Made by a program: the position numbers and the translations under genes
Shown: piece after piece, positions 13,401-24,366 of the stretch
Layout of the letters: every line of letters starts with the position of its first letter
Position numbering within the stretch: position 1 is the first letter of the stretch
The notes under the pieces: model-generated
Databases searched by the model: none
The model's input: the letters and a program-made list of their open reading frames with translations, nothing else
Told to the model about the DNA's origin: nothing
Source: Dimorphilus gyrociliatus
Lineage: Eukaryota > Animalia > Annelida
Reading direction: 5' to 3'
Length of the DNA: 64,000 nucleotides
Assembly: GCA_904063045.1 (NCBI GenBank)
Contig: CAJFCJ010000002.1
Coordinates: 4,273,891-4,337,890, forward strand

Positions 13401-15276
13401 GGCTCCTAATTATACGCTTTGCTCAATTTTGTGAAGCTTTAAAAGGAGCATGTCAGAACGATAATATGCCAGTGGTGGATCTTTTTTTAACTCAGAAGCG
13501 TCATCTAGAGTCTCCTATATTGTCCTTCAGAAAATATTTAACTATATATATACTATATATAATTGTATATATCTTATATAAAAATTTTAATATATTGTAG
13601 TTGTTAGCGTGAATAGAGGGTCAAACTTCAATTTCGACGGCAATACAAATGTGCTTTTGTATAATAAGAATACAGGTCCTAAGCAACTTGATGCAAAATT
13701 CATTATTTTCTCGTTTTCAGTCTTTTTACGCCTTTCTCTTTTTATCGTATCAATCTTATGCAGAAAGCTTAATATAACAATTATAAGGAAATTGTAATCA
13801 ATAGCGACGTGCGTAGGGGTTTTTTGTATTTATAAACAAAATATAAATAAACTTAATATATATATATATACTGTATATATTGTAGACGATCAATTTTTTA
13901 AAATGTACGCTTTTTATCTAATGAACTGGAAAACTCTGAGATTGATCTGCAATATAATTCTTTTACACTACTCCTTTAATATTTACGTTTAAGTAGGTTT
14001 GCCAATATACTTTTTAGCTCAATTCTCTTTCTTATCCAATTTATTATCTGTAATGGAAGATCGGGTTGATGGACTTTGGTGATTGTAGGCTACACAAAAA
14101 AAATTTTCCTTGGATATTAATTATCATGCTGTTTACCCAGTTATACAAACTGAAGTGTGTTTTCGTAAGGAAGCTGAACGTCAATAAGGTCTTACATGCT
14201 ACTTTTGTCTTTTCCCGATTCTCTGACGCCCGTAGATCAACAAGAATAGAGGGTGAGGTGTAAGTAACAGCGTACTTACAATTTTTCTATCACGTGTGCT
14301 AACTTATCGGAAATAATTTAACATCAAGCGTAAATTATACAAAGGAAATAGCCTTCTTATACAACTTTACTTAAATATCGACACGCTTAACACATATTAT
14401 GATGTTTTTTAATTAACTTAAAATCTCTTCGATTTCTTACCTTCATACAAAATAATACGACTACAATATTTAACGCCTATATATAACATATCAAATTCCG
14501 TTTCTAATGTTATTAGAAAAACTGTTCTTTATGAAAGCTTAATAAAGTAAGCAATTTACGCCAACAAACGGATCTATTAGATTAGTTTAGATAGTTTTCA
14601 CTTCTAATTCACTGTCTTTCTTGACAACCTAAATGATTTTACATACATCTTCAGGTCTATATATAACCAACTTTGAGATTGGTAGAAAGATTAAAAAAGA
14701 AAAAGAGTTTTTGTCCTCTTAGTATTTCTTTTAGGAATATTCTAGACACGGCATACTTAATCAGTAAGCGTTTTAAATATAGCGTATAAGTATTATGGCT
14801 AATAAGAGCATTAATTATTTACAACAGTTCAGTTACCAATAGAAAATAACAATTAAAGAACAATTGGACGTTTATCCATTACATTCTGAATGATTGAAAT
14901 GATGAAAGAAAAACTCGTGACTTCCCCTTTCGATTACTCACAAAATAACAAATTTATCTGCTTTTCCCGCTTTTCCCTCTTTCGTTTCTTCTTCTCTGCT
15001 CCTTTATCATTGTTCTTTTCTAGCTGTCGAGATTCTAGGATAAAAGGTTTTCGCAACAATTTTTCATCGATGAAAATTGAAAAGCACGGCCGAAATGGTA
15101 ACATTCGATAAATAATTCAACCGTCCTAATTCTTTATTTGCAAATGAAATTCTTTTATATCAGTATATATATATAAATATATACAATATATTAGTTTATA
15201 TACAAACTATACAAAATGGGAGAAGAGAAAGAAACGAGTATTGAGCACAAAAGAGATTTGCTTTTTCTTATTTGTC

Positions 15277-15696
15277 TCAGCTTTTGCGCATCTGAATAGG
15301 CGAGGTTGTCGGTGATCCAGATTTTTCACCATTAGGGGTAGAGCAAGGCGATATCCGAGGAGAGGGATTCGGACTGCAACAAGGTGTTACAAAGGGTGAA
15401 ACGTTTAGAGAATATCTATTATGGTAATCATCAACAGTTAATTTTGACATGTTAGATATCCACGGATATAACTCCTGATCCACAACTTTCAAGTCACTTT
15501 CAGATTTTGATAAAGATAAATTATTAGGCCGATCTGCAAATTTAGAGCAATCCACTAATGAATTACTACTTTTGGCTTTAGGCAGCGTAGTTTCTTGTTG
15601 CACGCATCCATTCCAATCGTTAAATATCCTAAATTTCGAATCTTCATCATCGATATGCTCGATCGTGATCGTCGGTGGCCGTTCATTGCAGTCCAT
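15277..15696 (-). CDS. Uncharacterised 139-aa Ser/Pro-rich protein with a PxIxIT-like motif and SP repeats
   Basis: GC-elevated ORF in an AT-rich background, with sequence MDCNERPPTITIEH...YSLNVSPFVTPCCSPNPSPRISPCSTP. The frame is open back to a splice acceptor at 15771, so upstream or downstream exons are possible. Confidence 0.6.
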   Translation of the reverse strand: MDCNERPPTITIEHIDDEDSKFRIFNDWNGCVQQETTLPKAKSSNSLVDCSKFADRPNNLSLSKSESDLKVVDQELYPWISNMSKLTVDDYHNRYSLNVSPFVTPCCSPNPSPRISPCSTPNGEKSGSPTTSPIQMRKS

Positions 15697-16370
15697 CTGC
15701 AAAAAACTGCAAAGAATCGATCGGGTCGACGGCGCTGCTGTCGCAGATCCGGCGTCAATGTCGCTTTCAGCCTATAGACGTACTTTACAAAATCGGGTTG
15801 TGTTTGGGTGTTGCTAGGCGAGTAGTCACCCTTATTTTTAATGTCAAGGGCATTAGTTTGCAGGAGAAAATGTATAAGAGTTTTAAGGGTATGTTAAAGT
15901 TTCTTTCTTTTCTAAATACAAGAGTCCGAGGTAAATATTGGTTTGCTGAACTTTGATCTCTAGTTGATGACATTTTAATAAAAAATTTCAGTAATAGTTT
16001 GGCATTCGTCTTTTTCGTCGAGAATCGCTAACGAAAAACCAGTCTAATCATGATAAAACTTTCTATTTCTGTCATATCCAAAGAGCTTAATTTTATGTTT
16101 TTATTATAGAATTCTAAAAGCAGATGCAGACTAAAATTAAAGGTTTTTACCATATTAATGAAATGATTTACAATATTTGCCCAAACTGTTATGAGAGAAA
16201 TTGCTTACACTCTCTTCAACATAACCAAAAAGCCAAATTCTAAACACTCTTCACCAATTCTTTTTCGTTGGCCTACAACCTATTAATTCATCACGCTAAG
16301 AACCAACAATCTATATGCTTTGTGATTCTGCATATAGATTTATTTTGACCGGTTCATTTGATGCTTTTGT

Positions 16371-19300
16371 ATGAATTTCATGACAGTAAACGACACTATA
16401 GATTGGAGAGATTCCCTCATTAAGGTGTCAGAAATGGACCTTTGGGATGACAAAAGATTCGAGCGGCAGGAATGGAAATGTTTGCTTAAGGAAGCAGAAA
16501 ATTTATTAAAGAATTCCAGGAAGAAATATTCACCGGATATTGTTGAAAATATTCTAAGGTTAGAATCCTTTTTTTTGTGCTTTATTGCCAATTACGAATT
16601 GCATAGTTAGCACAAATTTTTGTATAGTAGTTTTCCCTTCTCAAATACAGTATTATTTTCCTTCTTCTATCGGACATTCTTAACAAAACATGCGAAAACA
16701 ATTCAATAATCTATTTTTATACCTCATATGAGATATTCAATATTCAATATTCATCCATCCGTCAACTATTTGAACAGATCTGTCTATATTTACTCACATT
16801 TTAGATTGGAAATACAAGTTTTACATAAAGTATACTGTACGAATTTTTTAATGACTCTTCTGTTGAAGGACTTTCTTTGAGGAAAAACTAAATGAAGCGA
16901 TATATTGAACGATAAAGGTTGAGAGTATTAGGCCTAAGGGCTATTTAACAACCTTCAGAAAGAAACGTCAGGCCGCTGATCTAATTCTATAAATTTTAAA
17001 TTCTATTCAATTGAAGATTTTCAACAAAAAAGTTTTCGTAGAAAGTTGGTTGTCATTCTTAAAATTTATTAAACAACAGTATCGGAAATATCAAATTAAT
17101 AGTAAACATTAGATATGTCATATTTCAGAGTCAGGTGCGTCTATCACTGTTTGCTTGCTTTTAATTTCCTTCACATACTTAATTTCCGGCGTTGGATAAA
17201 ACTGACTGCTGGGTGACGCTTCGGCGATTCTCTGCCAAAGTGAAAATCAAACTAAATTACGAATAATACACACCATCTAAGAGTCGACAGAAAAAAAAAC
17301 CCAGCATCTATTTTCTATATCTTTTCATTTCTACAGTTTCTAGAAGCACGCAAGTAGGGGTAGAGATAAGAAAACAGGCATCTTTGATAACTAATTCGAT
17401 CCACGTCAATGAGAAATTGCTCAAGATTATTCATTTATGTTTATTTTACTTTTCGTCTCTTCCCCAATTCATCCCACGCAGTATTTTATTTTATTAAATT
17501 TTTTTCCAATTCAGCGGAAATTTAACAGAGTTAATTGAAACTCAGCTACCGAAATCAAACCGCAGAATAATTGTATTTGTCTCGTCGACATTTACAGATA
17601 CTTTGGCGGAGAGAAACACTTTAATGAAAGATGTTTATCCATTTTTGCGTAAACTATGCCAAACTTTAAATATGGACTTTGGAACTGTAGACATGAGGTG
17701 GGGCGTTAAGGAGGAAGTAAGTTTGGAGCACGATACAGTCAGAGTATGTCTTAAGGAAGTGGAAAGATGTACATCGGAGAGTAGTGGACCATCCTTCTTA
17801 GCAATTGTCGGAGATAAGTACGGCTATAGACCCATTCCTTCAGAAATTGAGAAAAATGAGTTTGAGTTACTACTTAAACATGTAAAAGTAAATGAAGCAG
17901 TTATCTTACGAAAGTATTACTGCTTAGACCTGAATAATATACCTCCAATATACTTTCTTAAGCCCATAACCCGCGAGCAGAAGGATTGGTGGTCGATTTC
18001 AAGTCAAATGAGTACATTCCTAAGGAGCGCCGCCGAAATTGCATTGAAAAACGACGACAAAAAAAGAAGAAAGTACTTTATATCCGTTACTGAAAATGAA
18101 ATAGAGCAAGGAGTTTTAAAAAACCAGAGGGTTAATGATAAAGTTGTGGTAGTATTGAGGCATTTACATCAAATAGAAGGGGATCGTCACATTCATAGGC
18201 ATTTAATTGATATAGACTCAGAGGTAAATTTCTAAGTGTTCTATATTAAAAATAGTATTTCTTCTTCGATTTCATTCTAAACTATAAAAATAGTGCTCTT
18301 CTATCTTAAATAGCTGTCGACAAAAGTAGATTTCACCTATAAGCTAATTAGACTTCGTGATAAACATGCCACAGTAATCACAACTATAGGAAAACAACGA
18401 AAAAAATTAGAATATCTTGCGTTTGATGATTTCTCAGGTTGCTTAAAACAAAGTCTTTGAAGAACAAATCGTAAATGTAATGTAAAGAAATCCTTGTGTA
18501 GTTATTTCTAAGCCACTTGAAAAGTTTCCAACGATTTATAATTTACTTATCAAACGATTTTTTCTATTGTTTAGAAAAGTCAAATCAACAAAGACTCTCA
18601 AAAATGTCTTTCAACTCTTAAGAAAACTGTTAAAGCTTCCATAGATGACAAGAACAAGTACGAGTGTACCTATAAAACGTCAGATGTCAGATCATGTAGT
18701 CAGGATGTCCGGAAATCTTGCGACCAAATATGTACTTCTTTATCAAGATTGATATTACAGAACTATGAACAATATTTACATGTTGAAGTCGACGATCTTA
18801 TTGATGAAATTTTACTACATCGTAATACTATTATTGATAAACTAAAAGTGTTCTATGGTCGAAATGAAATTGTAAATTCCCTTAAAATGAACATTAAGGA
18901 GAAGATCAACACCGAAAGTAATGTTTTTACTCTTTACGGTCAATCTGGATGTGGAAAAACAGCAATTATGGCCGCTATAGGCAAGAGATTTAGCTAAATT
19001 ATTATATTTGTCCATTGTCTAACGCCATCTGTAATGAGAAATGTATACTTGAAAACAAGCTTCTATTATAACTCTTTGCCTATAGCGACCGAAATGAAAA
19101 AGCTGATTCCAATTTCGGTAGTTATTAGCAGATTTTTAGGAACAACTGCAAAATCTGGAAACGTTAGAAATCTACTCGAGTCCGTTCATTTACAAATACT
19201 TAGAGCGTACGGTATAGCAGATAAACCTAAAGCAGAAAGCTTTAAAGATTTAATAATATTATTCAAGGAGGCAATTAAGAATTATCCCACAGCAGAAAGG

Positions 19301-22300
19301 CCTCTTATTATAGTCTTGGATTCTTTAGATCAACTTTCAATGGAAAATTCTGCACATAACTTACAATGGTTACCCGGTCTAAAAGAACCCTTACCAGCAT
19401 TCTGTCAAGTTATTGTATCAACATTACCTTCACCTTTTGGTCCCCTTGATATTATACAGCAAATACTTGAGCCTAGCTATATTTTTTCAGTCAGAGAATT
19501 AACTGTAGATGATGGTAGAGAAATAATGAATAGTATACTTGCAAGCAAACATAGAACATTGACATCAAATCAAAAGGAGATTATCATCAATGCCTTTACG
19601 AAAACACCTATCCCTTTATTTTTGAAGCTTGCCACTGATTCAGCAACAAAATGGAAAAGTTCTGATGTAGATACCTCTATTGGTTCAAGTATTCCAGATC
19701 TTATAAATGATTTATTTCATAAGATAGAAAAGAGGTACGGATTAACACTTGTAAGAAAAGCCTTTGGTTATATAACTGCGTCAAAAAATGGTCTATCATC
19801 TATAGAACTTGAAGATATTCTCTCATTAGACGATGACGTTCTGGATGAAACTTTTTCCCATTGGATTCCACCATTTCCAAGAATACCTCAATTGCTATGG
19901 TTAAGAATTAGAGATGAAGTAAGTGAATATCTAGTGGAAAAGGGTGTTGATGGAGTTATGACATACTCATGGTACCATAGGCAGTTTTGGAAAGTAGCAC
20001 AGACAAGGTTGACCTTTCTCATAAGATTTTTAAGATAAAAGTAAATCTTTGTTGTACATTTAGATATTTGAGTCAAGAAGAAAACTGGTCATGGCAAGGT
20101 ATAGTCAATTATTTTCAGGGTGTTTATGCTGATGGGAAACGTTACGCCGGAAAAGCGAAAGTAAGTCAGGAGGCTGTAGTTATGTACGATCGAAGAATAC
20201 AGCCTCAATCCCTTATACTTCATGAAGGAAGTTCAACATCAAACAAAATTTTTAATAAACGTAAACTAAGGGAATTACCCCTTGCACTTATCCGACTTAA
20301 GGATTGGAACAATTTTGAGAAGTGGACTTTAAATCTACCCTTTATTGAAGCTCGATTTGCAGCTGGTCAAGGTCACGAGTGCCTTTCTGACTTGCTAGAA
20401 GCTTCAAAACAAAGTGAAAAATTACAAGAGTATCATAAATTTGTTGGAGCGAATGTCACTCATCTCCTGAGAGATCCTGAATGTGTCTACCAATTAGCCT
20501 CGCAGCATACATCTGCAGCAATACGAAACTTGTTGGAACAACCAAATTTACAATTATCTGATACTAGAATTCTCTTAAAGGATGTCAATCCAGAGTCGAT
20601 AGATGACCCCTGTTTACTAACGCTTCAAGGACACGAGAAAGGCATTAGATGTTGCGAATTCTCTACTGATGGATCATATATTGTATCGGTAGCTAACGAT
20701 GGTGAACACGGAAGTATAAAAATTTGGGATACGCACAGTGGAGAAGAAACAGTGACCATAACTAATTTGAGTGGACCGCCTTTTCCGGGTCTGGTTGATG
20801 ACTATCACGGAGAACAATCCTGCACTTTTATACAGTCTTCATCAGTTGCTGTTGGATGTGACGATGGCCATTTAGAAGTTTTCTCCATAAATGGTTTAAA
20901 AGTGAGCAATTCTATAAGTTTTCAGCTGTCTTTAACAATTCTGACCCAATATATAGATTTATTCGGAGAAAGTACACGGAAATGCTGTTAGTGGTTTAGA
21001 CAAAAGCAGAGAAACAAGCCTATTGGCAACCTGTAGCGTTGATCGCACTGCTAAAATATTTGAAACGGATGGTTATAATATTATTAAGGAAATGTTTGAA
21101 ATTGAACTTCCAGGGCCGGCTAGTAACTGCGCATTTGATCCTATCACTAATCAACTTGGCGTTGCAGTATTTAACAGTCAATACGGTCTAGTTTGTATCG
21201 ATAGTGCAACTGGAAAAATTAAATGGAGTTCTCAGGCCGCTTGCGGAAAAACTTTATGCCTTGCTTGGTCTCCCAGTGAGCTTGTTGTTGTTACTGGCGG
21301 GGATGATTCAATGATTACTGTTATTAGTAGCATAAATGGTGATCAATTAGAGAAGCTACATGGTCATAAGGGATGGCTGTGGTGTTTAAAGTTTACAGAA
21401 GATGGCCAAGCTTTATTGTCCGGATCTTCAGATAGAACGTTAAAAGTTTGGAATACGGCGACGAGTTCATGTGTATGTACTTTGGGAGGCCATGTTCACA
21501 GAGTAGGATGGATAAGTCTTTATGGAAAAAGTCGTTTAGCTACGGCATCTCTTGACAATTCAATTAAGATATGGGATTTACGGCCCGTTGTCTTTGGAAA
21601 TGTTCCTACAGTTGGAGGTTTACATTATCTAGTTCTTAAAATATCACCCGACCGGAAGAACCTATTATCAAGCCAGGGTTGGATGACAACATGCGAAATT
21701 AAAAAGGCTCATGATGAAAAAATACTATTTTATTCGACGAGTCATAAAGGCTTTATATGGGATGCTCTCTTTACACTGGATTCGAATTATATTATAAGCG
21801 TAGATCTCGGTCATAAAGGAACCTACAATGTTAGTTTTTAACAATAATATTCGTTGTAATTATGAAACATGCTAAAAATTGTAAAACTAAAATATTTTGC
21901 AGAAAGGAGCTGTTGAAAAGGCTACAGTTCATGTTACTGACAATCAGAACGGTAGTCATATCACTACGCTTGATGCATTTTCGCCTTGTAGTATTGCCTT
22001 AAATAGCACCCTAATTGCAGTTGGAACGGAAACACTCGAATTCAACATTCATATATACTCAATCGAACTTTGGGTTGAGACATCTGTAATAAGATTCTGG
22101 GAAAACGATGATGATATATGCAGGGAAGCAACGAGTGTTGGTTGGTTAGCGATGAATGAGCAATTTCTCGCAGCAACCTCTGGGAAAGTTCTAAAAATTT
22201 GGAGTCTTGCTAATGATGAACAAATAGAAATGATAATAAGAATTTCGGAATTCCATTCGTCTTTAACGAATATAAGCTTTATTCCTAATTTAAGCAATCA

Positions 22301-22619
22301 CTTAACAGTTTGTGACTCCTCTGGTAATATATGCGTAATTGAATTTCAGAAGGATAAAAAAATCATGAAATGGATTAAATCACCGCAATCCCATTCAGCT
22401 TTTAATAGTTCGATAAAACACGCAACATGGGACAACACTGGAAGTTATTTTGCTGCTACTGCAGTTGAAATGTGTATTAGAATATGGAAGAGGATTAAAG
22501 ATAACGAAATGATCTTTCATGGGGTTTTCTATGCACCGGCTAATCAGCTGGCTTTTATTGACCGTAATATGATACTCGTGGGAGAAGCGACCGGGAATAA
22601 GAAAACTATCCAATTCTAA
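16371..22619 (+). CDS. NACHT and WD-repeat protein (NWD1/NWD2-like STAND NTPase: DUF4062 - NACHT - WD40)
   Basis: Exons 16371-16558, 17515-18223, 18575-18980, 19086-20007, 20064-20901, 20957-21829 and 21903-22619; all phases are compatible. Motifs: DUF4062 VFVSSTFTDTLAER...VDMRWGV, Walker A GQSGCGKT, Walker B LIIVLDSLDQL, and WD40 repeats such as GHEKGIRCCEFS...IKIWD and GHKGWLWCLKF...LKVWN. Confidence 0.9.
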
Positions 22620-24366
22620 TGCATCTCTGTGGAGATTTTTTATACTATACTTTTCTGCACTTCAAATTAAGTCAATCGCGAAAGCGTCACAAATCCTGTG
22701 ACACAGCAAAGTAAATTCTTTTTTTATCTAATCCCCTTTCCAGCTGAGGATTAGAGAAATGCTACTCGGAATAAGTATACGTACAACATTGCTATAATTG
22801 GAATTATGATCTTCTTACAAACCAACTAATTCAGTTAGAATCTTGAAGCGCGACATGAAAAAGAATTTTTATCTATCTGTTTGCGTTTCTTCAAATATGT
22901 GCAGCATGAAAACAAAGTAAAGTGGCATTCTTTTGTTGTTGTTCAATCAATGTATCGAAAGATCGAACACAAATTCGGTATAAAACTAATATCTTTTTTG
23001 TCTCTTTTATTGATACGGTAATGATCGATTTTAAAGTTATAATGGGAATTTATCACAAATATAAGCACATTTTGCTATTCTCTATAAGGTCGATTTTACA
23101 GCGGTCTTTAGCGGGCTTATATATATATATGTTAAAACCAATCAGATCAATTATAATATACCATAATTCGAAATACATCAAATGATAATTGTAACTTAAT
23201 ACACTTATTTACAACGGAAGAGAAACCAAATCGTACCATATTTATAATATGAAAGTATTCAAGACACTTAGTAATATTGACTTCAGTATAGAACATCAAT
23301 TATATATTATTTTCTAACGACTTGGTAAATTGAAATCCATCAACGTGACGAAAATAACACAATTTATGATGCTTTTATTGAAACAACAAAGAGACAATAG
23401 AAATACGATACAAGCTCTAAGATTCTTCTTTTATGACTTATTTTAAGCCTTAGTAGCTTCCTTTTTCTAATCTTAGACTTTCAACAGTAAACTTTTTAGC
23501 ATTGTACATGTATTATTCATGCAAGTTGTTTCTTAAGGTTATACAAACTTACTCTTCCTAGCCTTAAAGCATTTCATCATGCATATAATAGGACACCTGT
23601 GGCATTTCCCTTTACATTGAGTTTTTATTGAAAATGATAATTTAACGTTATTAAATAATAATAACTAAATGTGTCTTTCTTAAAAATCTATAAGATTATG
23701 TAGACAAACACATTGTGAGTCACGCCAACAGCGTCAGAATAAATAGACTAAAATAAACCAGCTATAAAATATTCAAGGACAAGAATGTTTCTTCCTATTT
23801 TTTCTCTCGGCTACGCTTGTTTTGAATAAAACTAAAAAATTTCCATTCCAAAACATATGGGATAAATTGACTAATCTGTTTTATGATATATTGTTCATTT
23901 GTTTAAGATTCTTTATTAAAATTTCAAAAGATTCAAGCTATAATGTATTCTTAGATATTTCTCAGACGAATATCAACTGACTTTTTACCCTCTGTTTCAT
24001 TTTCTAGTCAACCTAATCAACTGTAAAAGAGAGAAATTGTTTTAATTTATAGTATAAAAATGAATAAGAAAGTCAGGATGATGAAAGATACAAATATGAA
24101 CGACTGAATGAAATCCCAGATTACACAACCGGCTAGTTATGTAAAATAAATCCAAGAACAGTGTAGAAATTGTACCGCAATTTTTTTTGAAGAAAAAATC
24201 AAAAATTGTTACCAAATAATCATTTTCTATTCAAATAAAAAGGAAACCAGCAAAAAAGAACAAAAAACAACGTTCGTTATCCAAAAAAAGTCGTTTCGCA
24301 AGCTTAATACTGGCAAAGGACAAAAACCGAACAACTTTTATGCAATTAAAAATCGCCTACATGAGA

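Noticed and set aside
19987-20063. Overlapping ORFs 19034-20038 and 19987-20991 as a programmed frameshift
   Set aside because: Explained by a canonical 56-nt GT-AG intron (20008-20063). The same applies to the other ORF breaks in NWD, ALS2 and USP5.
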